A DNA stretch of 64,000 nucleotides from an uncultured Clostridia bacterium (GTDB lineage Bacteria; Bacillota; Clostridia; Christensenellales; CAG-917), in the NCBI GenBank assembly GCA_963545485.1, contig CAUUJG010000004.1:23186-87185 (forward strand). The letters run 5' to 3'. Below are positions 1-8,951 of the stretch, piece after piece. The position numbers and the translations under genes were made by a program. Each line of letters starts with the position of its first letter. The first letter of the stretch is position 1. The notes beneath the pieces were generated by a model, which saw nothing but the letters and a program-made list of their open reading frames with translations, made no database searches and had not been told where the DNA came from.

Positions 1-75
1 ATTCTCTAATATCACATTCCCTTTTTCGTACTCTTTTGTAATGTTTTCTGCCTTTAGTATTTCGTTGCCTTTCAA
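1..75 (-). CDS. ABC transporter ATP-binding protein, N-terminal fragment running off the window (tentative)
   Basis: Minus-strand reading from TTG at 75, preceded by AAAGGAG, gives KGNEILKAENITKEYEKGNVILEN. This is a typical opening of ABC ATPase subunits. Only 25 codons are visible. Confidence 0.3.
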   Translation of the reverse strand, partial: MKGNEILKAENITKEYEKGNVILEN

Positions 76-182
76 TTTGTCTCCTTTGCTTTTAATTAAC
101 TTTATTAATTAACTAAAATCATTTTAATATCCATCTATTCTCTATACTAACTAGTGCATTCTTTTTTTTCACTTTATATGAT

Positions 183-1298
183 TTATACCTTCCACTCTAC
201 ATCATATAGGACATTCCCTTTTTTATCTTTCAAATTCCACATCTCGTGCCATCCCGCAGGTTTTGTACTTACTTCGCTTTTTATCTTCGTCAACTTATCA
301 CAATGTGCAAATGCCCTTTCTCCTATTTCTGTTACTGTGGATGGAATTGTTAATGACTCTATAGATAATTTTCTAAATGCTTGCTCACCTATTTTCTTTA
401 GTCCTTCATTTAAAGTTAAGGTTTTCAATTTCCCACAACTTTCAAATGCGGATGCTCCAACTTCTTCTACAGTTTTTGGAATTGTTAATGTTTCTATTTT
501 GCTACCATAAAATGCATAATCGTCTATTTTTGCTAAACCTTCGTTTAGAGTCACTTCTTGTAATTTTTCACAGTCTGCAAACGCCTCATACCCTATCTCT
601 TTAATACTGTTAGGAATATTCATTGATTCAATTGCCGTTTCCCTAAATGCTTGTCCACTAATATTTTTTAATCCCTCATTTAATGTAACTGTTTTAAGTT
701 TTTTACAACTATCACACATTCCAAGCCCAATTTCTTCAACACTTTTCGGCATATTTAAACTTGTGATCGAGGTGCGATAAAAAGCATGCTCCCCTATTTT
801 TTTCAACCCTGCATTTAGTGTTATAGATTGTAAGTTTGAACATTCAGCGAATGCATCATCTCCTATTTCTTGGATTGTCTCTGGCATTTCAACGCTTCCA
901 ACTGAAGCGTTGGCTTCAAAGGCATTGTTTGAAACCTTAATTACCTTCTCGCCTTTATATGTTTTCGGTATTTTTACATCATTAAAAAAACCACTGCTGA
1001 ATCCATCTGGTAACTCCCCTCCTGGGAATTCATCTTCTGGATTTGGAAACTCTGGTTGCTGTGCTACTCCTTTATATTTTTTAACTGCATATCCTCCATC
1101 TATTTTTTCCATATCAAATAGTTTTTCTATTTCTTTATCTAATGTTGGTTTCTGCTGTTCAGGCTTTTTCTGCTCAGTTTCTTTTCCTTTTCCATTTTGT
1201 TTTGATTTTTCGGAACTCCTATTCCCACACCCAAATAAACTCATCGCCAATATCAAAATTAATGTTAAAAATATCGCACTCTTTAAAATATTATTCAT
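183..1298 (-). CDS. BspA-type leucine-rich-repeat surface lipoprotein
   Basis: 371-aa ORF with an N-terminal signal peptide and lipobox-like LFGC. It carries at least 8 tandem ~23-aa repeats of the form L..V.L.EGL..IG..AF..C..L..I.IP.SV.EIG, and a K/E/Q-rich linker. Confidence 0.75.
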   Translation of the reverse strand: MNNILKSAIFLTLILILAMSLFGCGNRSSEKSKQNGKGKETEQKKPEQQKPTLDKEIEKLFDMEKIDGGYAVKKYKGVAQQPEFPNPEDEFPGGELPDGFSSGFFNDVKIPKTYKGEKVIKVSNNAFEANASVGSVEMPETIQEIGDDAFAECSNLQSITLNAGLKKIGEHAFYRTSITSLNMPKSVEEIGLGMCDSCKKLKTVTLNEGLKNISGQAFRETAIESMNIPNSIKEIGYEAFADCEKLQEVTLNEGLAKIDDYAFYGSKIETLTIPKTVEEVGASAFESCGKLKTLTLNEGLKKIGEQAFRKLSIESLTIPSTVTEIGERAFAHCDKLTKIKSEVSTKPAGWHEMWNLKDKKGNVLYDVEWKV

Positions 1299-1795
1299 TT
1301 ATATTTCTCCAAATTTTGTTAGTTGCTTTATATTACCATTATTTTGGCATTTCTGTCGCCTGTTTTTATTTTTTACTTCAGACAACTAACAAGCATGAGA
1401 ATTTTTATATATAACTTAAAAAATTAATTTGTTGGATTAGACTGCCCTAATATCGGCAATTATTCGTCATAATCTGTTTTTATTTACTAGAGTTCATTTG
1501 TTTGTTTTATTTACATTTCTTACTACGCTATTTTTTTATTCAAAAATTTTGATCCCGAGTACTATGGCTGGATCGTGCAGAATATTTCATTCAAGTCTAC
1601 TGCATTAATTAAAAATATTTTCCATATATTAACTTCATTCTCAGAATAATATACGCTTTGTAATGATTTCATTTTCCCTCTTTTTAGGGGCTCGGTGTTC
1701 TGCTTTTAGTCGTTGTCATTATTCAAATCTCTTCCATGAAGTTTTTCTATGTCAAATCTAGTATTCTTGCTGGTTCGAGACAGCTGTTTCGTTAT

Positions 1796-2278
1796 TTAAA
1801 GTTCAAGCATAGGGCTAACATCTACATTTTCACTATTTGACATTGATTCAACCGTTAAATGCATTTTACTAAGAGCTCCCTTGACATCTCTAAATCTGAT
1901 TGCTTTATCTAATTTAATTTTGGCAACCTTCCAATTTCTATTTTCGTATAGATAAATATATTCTATCCATGGATATAATCGTTTATTATCTAATTCTATT
2001 AACTTTGCCTTTGTGTCTTCACAATCAGCATCACGACCATAAGCAACACAAACTCCTGGTTCCTGATTGTGTATACTATGTTCTTCCCCTTTAGGATTTA
2101 TCTTTTCTCCCAGACATGACAAATCTCCCAAAGAAATTAATTCATCGACCTTGCTTGGTGAATTATAACATTCAAACAGTATTCGCCCATTGTTACTAAT
2201 ATAGCCATCATGATGACAATAAATTCCTAAAATATTTCCATCTTCCGTTTTTTTACATATATAACTTCTTGTGCTCAT
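1796..2278 (-). CDS. Conserved hypothetical protein of the kind seen on phages and conjugative elements
   Basis: 160-aa ORF opening STRSYI..KTEDG...GIYCHHDGY.S.NGRIL. I recognise this N-terminal pattern only as an uncharacterised MGE-associated family. Confidence 0.55.
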   Translation of the reverse strand: MSTRSYICKKTEDGNILGIYCHHDGYISNNGRILFECYNSPSKVDELISLGDLSCLGEKINPKGEEHSIHNQEPGVCVAYGRDADCEDTKAKLIELDNKRLYPWIEYIYLYENRNWKVAKIKLDKAIRFRDVKGALSKMHLTVESMSNSENVDVSPMLEL

Positions 2279-2300
2279 TATTATCCTCTCAATTCTTTTA

Positions 2301-2687
2301 TTATTCTCTTATCCATTCACTGTATTGTTCTCGACTATTACAAGTATTCATTGTTAAATAATCCCCTAGTTTTTCTATTTGATCTCTTCTCAAACTTGCC
2401 GGATTATTTCTATCGTCTAAAGTAAAAAATATTGCTGTCCCAAAAACACTGTTTCCTTTTTCTGGAATATAAAAATTTGGATCTTTCCCTCTTATTTTTG
2501 CTCTTTTATTTTCATATCCATATACCCCTTTTATTGTTGGTATTTCAAACAACTTGATATATCCATCTACCAACGACTGCATTAAGAAGAGGTCGGGAAC
2601 TACCACTTCTATTTCCATTTGTTCCAATGGGTTTTTTATTACCACTGTTATTGGATCTTTCTTCACTTTACTCCAAAGAAATCTCAT
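2301..2687 (-). CDS. DUF3846-like protein
   Basis: 128-aa ORF. Its start overlaps the end of the upstream small ORF. The pattern of a small beta-rich protein with ...NP.FYIP..G....G.AIF... resembles DUF3846 proteins from conjugative elements (recollection, not searched). Confidence 0.5.
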   Translation of the reverse strand: MRFLWSKVKKDPITVVIKNPLEQMEIEVVVPDLFLMQSLVDGYIKLFEIPTIKGVYGYENKRAKIRGKDPNFYIPEKGNSVFGTAIFFTLDDRNNPASLRRDQIEKLGDYLTMNTCNSREQYSEWIRE

Positions 2688-2802
2688 CCTTTGTTTTTTC
2701 TTCCTCCATTTTTAAAAGTTCTTCTACAAGTAGTTTCCTAATATATTCCTCAATTTTCTTCTTCATTAATTCTCTTTCTTTTTCATCTTCTTTCCTCTTC
2801 AT
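2668..2802 (-). CDS. Small 44-aa K/E-rich coiled-coil ORF (tentative)
   Basis: ATG at 2802 overlaps the upstream stop (ATGAAATGA). Its own stop overlaps the ATG at 2687 of the next gene. This coupling geometry on both sides is the only support. Confidence 0.3.
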   Translation of the reverse strand: MKRKEDEKERELMKKKIEEYIRKLLVEELLKMEEEKTKDEISLE

Positions 2803-3668
2803 TTCATGCTCTCCTTTTCAATTTGTTCTTTCATCTCCACGTCCACTTTTTCTTTTATATTTTTCATATCATTCTTTAATATGTATCTATCAATGCCGTA
2901 AATCATAGTGTTTGCCAGCCTCATGGCATTATTAATGTTTGTTTTAAATTTCATAATTTCACTATCTGAAAGTTCCACGAACTGTCTCATTAATTTTTGA
3001 TTCATTTCATAATCAATTCCCATATAGCTAAGTATCATTTCTACAGCAGAATCTATCTCTAATTTTTTTATATTAGTAATCGACACATGGTCGATTCCCT
3101 GGTCTTCACATATTTCTAATGAATTAGCTATTGTTATCTGCGTAACAAGAACTTCCATATATTTCTTTTTTGGCAATGTTTCATTTATTTTTATTTCTTT
3201 CTTCTCAATGTCAATAACTGCATCATAAACCGCCGATGGTTCCATCTTTGCTATCTTATATTTTGTCGACTGTGCTTTCACCGCATCCGTAAGTTCATCA
3301 AGTGCATGTATATATGCATCCTGTGCTGTAAATATTTCTTTGTTTAACCCCGATGTCTGCGAGATATCAAAGACATAACCTGTTCTATATCTAGGTTTCC
3401 CATCAGGCCCTCTTTGTTTAAGAATTATTTTTATTCCCTTCTCACCCTTGTTTACCCTTCGATCCAAATTATTCCACTCTTCTAAACATCTCACTCTACC
3501 AACATTCTGCTTTTGTAAGTTTATAAGTATTTGATTCTCTATGCTGTACTCTTTTACGGGCGGCATTCTTTTCAGCATATTCGAATATTTTCCACCTTTA
3601 ATAATTCGTATCAACTCTCTATTTGCTTCTGCAAAAAGTTCATCTGCACTCGTTTCCCTAACGTTCAT
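2799..3668 (-). CDS. ArdC-N-like ssDNA-binding / antirestriction-type protein (no metalloprotease motif)
   Basis: The N-terminal 100 aa (YS.ENQILINLQ....RV..LEEWN.LDRRVNKGEKGIKII) match the ArdC N-terminal (DUF1738) pattern. There is no HExxH in the C-terminal half. Confidence 0.6.
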   Translation of the reverse strand: MNVRETSADELFAEANRELIRIIKGGKYSNMLKRMPPVKEYSIENQILINLQKQNVGRVRCLEEWNNLDRRVNKGEKGIKIILKQRGPDGKPRYRTGYVFDISQTSGLNKEIFTAQDAYIHALDELTDAVKAQSTKYKIAKMEPSAVYDAVIDIEKKEIKINETLPKKKYMEVLVTQITIANSLEICEDQGIDHVSITNIKKLEIDSAVEMILSYMGIDYEMNQKLMRQFVELSDSEIMKFKTNINNAMRLANTMIYGIDRYILKNDMKNIKEKVDVEMKEQIEKESMK

Positions 3669-5965
3669 ATTTTAAATATTTCCTCCTTATCACTCTTCTC
3701 AAGCTGTATTAATGAAAACTCATTTCTATCTTCAATAAATATCATTTCACCTCTTTTTAGTGTTGAAATATCGCACAGCCCTTCCCCCTTTACTGTTATA
3801 AAGGTGTTTTCAACATCTTTCCATTCTCCTTGCGGGATTTTAAAAATCATTGCATATTGTGCAGCACTTAATGGAGACATCGTCTTTTTTTCATACTTCC
3901 CCTCTGATTGAAAATCTCTAAGTGATTGTGTTACTAAAATCATCATGCCATCGTATTTCCTAATTCTTTTAGATAAAAGATATATAAATTCCAAAGCCGT
4001 CTTCCTACTTTCATCAAGTAAAATATGACTTTCATCAATTAGCACAATTACCTTTCTGTTTGATTTATGAATCTTGTTATACTCAACATTTTCAAAAATT
4101 GTTTTTTCTATTTCTTTAATTGTCAACATGAGATAAACATTAAATAATCCGCTGTCCTTTTCTTCAAAGACTCTTGCAAAATCAAAACATACACACCTTC
4201 GATTTTCATTAGACTCCACTCTGTCCTCATTACTTATTCTTCTAATGATTGGCTCAACTTTGTTGTATACCCCTTTTGCTTCTATCCTTTTAAGAACTTT
4301 CAAAAAAGACACTTTATCTACCTCTTCATATGCTCTCCTTGTTGCATTGGTCAGCTCTTCTATTTCTTCCAAATTCAAATCCTGAAACAGCTGTTGGTAC
4401 AGTGCTTTTAAAAATTCCATGTGCATTAGAAACTTAAATTCACAAACATCAGAATTGCTTATCTCAAATGGATCAAAAGGAATTGTATGTCTTATTGTTC
4501 TCACCTCACCATGAAGGTGTTCGCAAAGTTTTTTATATTCCCCTTCTATGTCTAGTATCATTATTTTGCTATCCTTTACCGACAAGTTCATTAATAAATC
4601 TTTTGCACAGTATGATTTCCCACTTCCCGGGGTTCCCAGTATCACCAAATTTGAATTCAAATGCCTCGAGTCTCTTTTAAAAAAATTAACAAAGTTTGCC
4701 TCCTCTGAATTTAGGTATATTCCATCCTCATCAGTCACTTCATATTTCTGAAATGGAAACATATACGATAATGTTGTTGCATCCATTGTTGTTGATTTCT
4801 TTTGCATAAACTTATTTCTTGATACAAAATCAAAAATTTGTTTTTGAAGAAAGATTTCATCTTTTACTTTAAATCCCTTTGCACCCAGCTCCTTAATGTT
4901 CGTTTTCTTGTTTCTTTTTTCACCTTTTTTATCAAAACACTGAAAAGCTACTACCACTTCATATATTTTATCGTTGTTTTTAATACTTATTAGGGTTTCT
5001 TCCAAGGCACTTTGAAGGTCTTCTGCATCTATATCATCACTCTTCTTCCTTCTCCTTCTGCTCTGCATTTCAAATATAGCTTTATCCAATTTGCGTATGC
5101 TCACACCTCTATCTGCCTCTTTTATATCCACATACACATTTGCCTGCGTATTAAACAAATCAATTCCATATCCCATGTTTACGAGTTTGGGGAATCTCGA
5201 TATTGTTTGCCAACTACCATCACATCCACAAAATTCATAATTGTTTACCTTATACTTCACATCTTCATTATTCTGCGGAAATGCAATCTTTAAATATTCC
5301 TCTTCTGATATTTCTCTACATTCCATCCCCATACTCTCGAACATTTCTATCGTTTCTACCGAGCTACCTTCAAATGAAATAAAATAACGATAATATAAAT
5401 ATTCTTCCAATTCCCTACTCTGCAATTTTTGAATAACCCCTTCGGCAATTGCAGTTCTTACTTCGCATTCCTCTTGATTCAAAAGTCCTTTTTGAGAATT
5501 TTCTTTTAATTTTTCTATATTGCTGTTATATGCTTCTATTTGCTTCGTATACTTCTTTATATCTAAAATCTTAGAAATACGGCAGTTCTTGATTATGGCT
5601 ATACCCCTCTTAAAGATTTCTGTAAGTTCTTGTCTTCTTTCTTCTGTACAACTAATAAAATTTAATCCACTAAGTTCAATATATTTGCGTGTGCTTTCAC
5701 TAATTGCTTCTTTTACCTTTTTCTTTGACACGACAAATCTCATTATGTCAACCGCATATAGATATAAGCCTCTATCATCTATGCGTACTAATGAGATACA
5801 CACCGCCAAAAAAATCAATATACTTATTACTAATCTTTGCTTTGTATATTTTGTTAAAATACCAGCAATCAACATTAGCATTGCTATAAGCACAAACATT
5901 TCCAAATAACCTAGTCCTTTGTAAAATTTATGTCTTACCTTTGTCGTATATGGTATGTATCTCAT
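3665..5965 (-). CDS. VirB4-family T4SS ATPase with fused N-terminal two-TM PrgI/VirB3-like segment
   Basis: 766 aa with Walker A GTPGSGKSY and Walker B VIVLIDESH. The N-terminal 70 aa contain two hydrophobic helices, as in PrgI/VirB3-like proteins. Confidence 0.85.
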   Translation of the reverse strand: MRYIPYTTKVRHKFYKGLGYLEMFVLIAMLMLIAGILTKYTKQRLVISILIFLAVCISLVRIDDRGLYLYAVDIMRFVVSKKKVKEAISESTRKYIELSGLNFISCTEERRQELTEIFKRGIAIIKNCRISKILDIKKYTKQIEAYNSNIEKLKENSQKGLLNQEECEVRTAIAEGVIQKLQSRELEEYLYYRYFISFEGSSVETIEMFESMGMECREISEEEYLKIAFPQNNEDVKYKVNNYEFCGCDGSWQTISRFPKLVNMGYGIDLFNTQANVYVDIKEADRGVSIRKLDKAIFEMQSRRRRKKSDDIDAEDLQSALEETLISIKNNDKIYEVVVAFQCFDKKGEKRNKKTNIKELGAKGFKVKDEIFLQKQIFDFVSRNKFMQKKSTTMDATTLSYMFPFQKYEVTDEDGIYLNSEEANFVNFFKRDSRHLNSNLVILGTPGSGKSYCAKDLLMNLSVKDSKIMILDIEGEYKKLCEHLHGEVRTIRHTIPFDPFEISNSDVCEFKFLMHMEFLKALYQQLFQDLNLEEIEELTNATRRAYEEVDKVSFLKVLKRIEAKGVYNKVEPIIRRISNEDRVESNENRRCVCFDFARVFEEKDSGLFNVYLMLTIKEIEKTIFENVEYNKIHKSNRKVIVLIDESHILLDESRKTALEFIYLLSKRIRKYDGMMILVTQSLRDFQSEGKYEKKTMSPLSAAQYAMIFKIPQGEWKDVENTFITVKGEGLCDISTLKRGEMIFIEDRNEFSLIQLEKSDKEEIFKI

Positions 5966-7103
5966 TTTTTATTTTCCTCGCCTTTTCTTTTATTGTCGGT
6001 ATCTTTTCTACAACCTTATCTGTTACTTTCTTAACAACCTTTACTGCACCAACCGTATGGGATATAACGCCAACCGTTCCTGCTGTTGTCGCTCTTATCG
6101 AATGAATTATTTCGTTCATTCCTAAATTGCTCTGCCCCTGCGTTATAATCCCGGAAATCATATAATGTGCATGGACCGCAGCGACTGCTCCTCCAATTAA
6201 AAACAACATTTTTATAAATCCGTTTTTGACTGTTGCTGAATAAAAGTCCATCTTTATAATCTCATTCATGAGCATAAAGAAAACATTCAGTGATATTACT
6301 ATCGCATGAGCCGATATAACCTTTGAGATCATTATTTCTTTTAATGCATTCATTCTTGATCCGTCATCAATAACTCTTGTCGCAACAGCAAATGGTGACA
6401 TCATATACAGCAAGATGACATCGAAAATTCTACGGACAAATAATATTGATCCTATAGTTAAGGTGATAAGAATTATCCCTCCACCAAGTATTGATGCAAA
6501 ATAATTCATTTGCAGCGGGCTGTAATATGCATATATGTCTGCAATGTCTGTATATGATAGTTTCCCTCTTAAAAACATTTTTTCTATTTCTTCTCTGGAA
6601 GCAGGATCTCCTATATAAGCTCCTTCGGAACTTACCAAAAACAATTCGCCTCCAAACCTAATTTCTCCGACAGTCTCCGTATTGAGCATAAGCTTATATA
6701 TCGCCCCAACGATTGTGTTGGAAAGAATTACAAAAGCCATGAGCATAAAAGGTATTAAAAGAAATAATATAAATGACATTAATGCATGCTTTACCAATTC
6801 ACCCCGACTTTGCCGACTCAAATCATCTTTTACAGTGTCTTTAATAATCCTTATTATCAGAAATAAAAACAGCAATGTCGTTGCCATTAGTACTATTCCC
6901 CAAAACACCTTGCTTACATTTCGATCAAATATGAAATGTTTAATCAAATCTTGTGGTTGCTTATCTCCAGATACTGGCTCGAGTCCAGCCAATACCCTAA
7001 ATGTAGATGTTATAAAATCTAATATTTTTAATATCCAAATCTGAATTCTTAAAAGTATTTTTGCTATAAACACTTTAAGGAGTGTCGCATTGTCCGTCAG
7101 CAT
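5928..7103 (-). CDS. Polytopic membrane protein, VirB6/TcpH/PrgH-like T4SS channel component
   Basis: 391 aa with at least 6 predicted hydrophobic helices. It sits between the pilin-like gene and virB4 and overlaps virB4. Confidence 0.55.
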   Translation of the reverse strand: MLTDNATLLKVFIAKILLRIQIWILKILDFITSTFRVLAGLEPVSGDKQPQDLIKHFIFDRNVSKVFWGIVLMATTLLFLFLIIRIIKDTVKDDLSRQSRGELVKHALMSFILFLLIPFMLMAFVILSNTIVGAIYKLMLNTETVGEIRFGGELFLVSSEGAYIGDPASREEIEKMFLRGKLSYTDIADIYAYYSPLQMNYFASILGGGIILITLTIGSILFVRRIFDVILLYMMSPFAVATRVIDDGSRMNALKEIMISKVISAHAIVISLNVFFMLMNEIIKMDFYSATVKNGFIKMLFLIGGAVAAVHAHYMISGIITQGQSNLGMNEIIHSIRATTAGTVGVISHTVGAVKVVKKVTDKVVEKIPTIKEKARKIKNEIHTIYDKGKT

Positions 7104-7104
7104 A

Positions 7105-7380
7105 TTATCCTACCTTATTTGTAACCCACTCCTGCAATATTGGCATCGCTATCTTTAAAGAAACTATAAGAACAAAAATCAGCAAAAACCCTATTATTGC
7201 TCCAACCAAATCTTTCTTTGCTTTCTCTCTCGAATTCTGCTCGTCTGCCTTAGCTACCTTTATTCCAAGAAAAATACAATATATCGTTCCTATTGCCCCT
7301 ATCACTGCTATTAAGGGCCATAAAATTGCATTCACAACTTCCAGGACAGGAACTATCACCGGATTAAAATCTACATTCAT
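7105..7380 (-). CDS. Small two-TM pilin-like (VirB2/TrbC-like) conjugal transfer protein
   Basis: 91 aa with two hydrophobic helices separated by a charged loop (KADEQNSREKAKKD). The stop/start is coupled to its neighbours. Confidence 0.5.
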   Translation of the reverse strand: MNVDFNPVIVPVLEVVNAILWPLIAVIGAIGTIYCIFLGIKVAKADEQNSREKAKKDLVGAIIGFLLIFVLIVSLKIAMPILQEWVTNKVG

Positions 7381-8951
7381 TTCTTCTTCTCCTTTTTGTT
7401 TTTGTTTTTCTTTTTAACAACAAAAAATATACCTACTCCGACAGCAACAACTATTGCCACAACAATAGGAATTACTATTCCTGCCTTAGATTTCTTTTTT
7501 ATAATTTCAAATGTCACTGTATTGATATTTCCAAGATTGTCGATAGCCGTAACTTCATACTTACCAACTTTGTCACAAATAACACCGCTAAAATATTTGA
7601 TCTCTTTACCGTTATATTTCAAAACTGTTTTTATCGTTTTATCAGTGTCAATAACCGCTTTATATCCTTTCCCATTTTGTATCCCAACTATCTTTATATT
7701 TGGTTTCTGATTTATAATTTCAAACTCGCATTTGCTGTTGTTGAAAATTATTCGATATTTCCCCGACTTGCCAAAAACTGCTTTACCTATTATTTTGTCA
7801 CCATTAACTGTCGCCTGAATATCTTCAAAATCATGTGTTATTTCTCGAGATACGCTAGGAACAATTTGAAATCTCACCGTCTTAATATTCCCATATTGAT
7901 CCTTCGCAATAATCTTATACTTTCCAGGACGGACCAACTTGCCTTCGCTTGGAACTGTTTTATCTTCAAGCATTAATTTTATTGATAATTTTTCTTTAGA
8001 GGTAATCTCAACTGAATTGTATATGCCTCCATTTTCAACTCCTGATATGTCTACATCTTTATCTATTTCGAATGATATTTCTGAACTGTTGCCGACCTCA
8101 TCTGTTGCTTTAACTATATATTTGCCAGTTTTGTTAAATGTAGTTTCGGTGTGTCTAACCCTTTCATTGTTAACACTAATGACATCTGCGTTTTTTATTT
8201 TGATTGTCACATCTTGATTTCCTATTTTTTTATAATTCCCCGTTATTTCTGGAGGCGTATTATCAATCTCAAATTTAAACTCTCTCAGAAAGCCATCCGA
8301 ATTGTATAGTTTTACCAAATAGCTTCCATCCTTATCTATTTTTGTCCCACTTAAATACTCTGCTGTAATTATTCCCTTTGTTATTGTTGCCTTTGCATCC
8401 CCTTGATAATTCAGAACAAACATCCCTGCAAACTTACTTTTCTCTATGTTCGCTGTATATCTTGGTTCCGGTTTTGTATATTTATATTTATGTTCCCTAG
8501 ATAGCAAATGTGCCCTATCTGAAATTTCAACAATGTACTCTCCTGAGCGGCTAAATGTGTATCGTAACAAATCAATTTTTACATCTCTAGCGTCTGAATC
8601 TTGCCACATTCTTTCTTTTACACCATCAAACACTCTATATATCGCCATGTTTAATATCGGAACTCCTGATTGTTCAACTATTGTCATTTCAAGCCTCTGT
8701 GTTATTTCATTTTCAAAAAATTCTACTCTTGGTTCCTGTCTCGATATGACTATTTCAAACTTTTTGCTTCTTCCATATCTATTTACTGCCTCAACATAGT
8801 GTTTTCCATTATTTGCCAATTTTGCACTTTCAAGACTTGAAAATGTCTTAAGCAAATTAAATTCAGCATCATAAATGTTAAGATGCGAATTTGGCTCCAT
8901 CATAAAATCAACATCGCTATTGAAATACTTTTTTTGTATCAACACTAACAA
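7377..8951 (-). CDS. Ig-like-repeat surface protein segment with C-terminal TM anchor (probably the C-terminal part of one gene with 8917..11484)
   Basis: 524 aa from a TTG start and no signal peptide. It has repeats with GKY.V.A.D..GN......F.ID and a C-terminal hydrophobic helix plus a KKKNKNKKEKKK tail. Confidence 0.7.
   Translation of the reverse strand: MLVLIQKKYFNSDVDFMMEPNSHLNIYDAEFNLLKTFSSLESAKLANNGKHYVEAVNRYGRSKKFEIVISRQEPRVEFFENEITQRLEMTIVEQSGVPILNMAIYRVFDGVKERMWQDSDARDVKIDLLRYTFSRSGEYIVEISDRAHLLSREHKYKYTKPEPRYTANIEKSKFAGMFVLNYQGDAKATITKGIITAEYLSGTKIDKDGSYLVKLYNSDGFLREFKFEIDNTPPEITGNYKKIGNQDVTIKIKNADVISVNNERVRHTETTFNKTGKYIVKATDEVGNSSEISFEIDKDVDISGVENGGIYNSVEITSKEKLSIKLMLEDKTVPSEGKLVRPGKYKIIAKDQYGNIKTVRFQIVPSVSREITHDFEDIQATVNGDKIIGKAVFGKSGKYRIIFNNSKCEFEIINQKPNIKIVGIQNGKGYKAVIDTDKTIKTVLKYNGKEIKYFSGVICDKVGKYEVTAIDNLGNINTVTFEIIKKKSKAGIVIPIVVAIVVAVGVGIFFVVKKKNKNKKEKKK

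Noticed and set aside
154-1414. Plus-strand ORFs (118, 75, 159 and 90 aa) antisense to the LRR lipoprotein gene. Similar antisense ORFs occur opposite virB4, gyrA/B, mnmE, recF, glg genes and others
   Set aside because: These are shadow ORFs on the strand opposite well-supported genes. Their composition is low-complexity and hydrophobic, as expected for antisense frames in AT-rich DNA.
8929-8935. Programmed -1 ribosomal frameshift on the A_AAA_AAA heptamer joining the two Ig-repeat ORFs
   Set aside because: The -1 frame hits a stop after 9 codons. The downstream ORF is in the +1 frame, so the classical -1 slippery-site mechanism does not produce the fusion.
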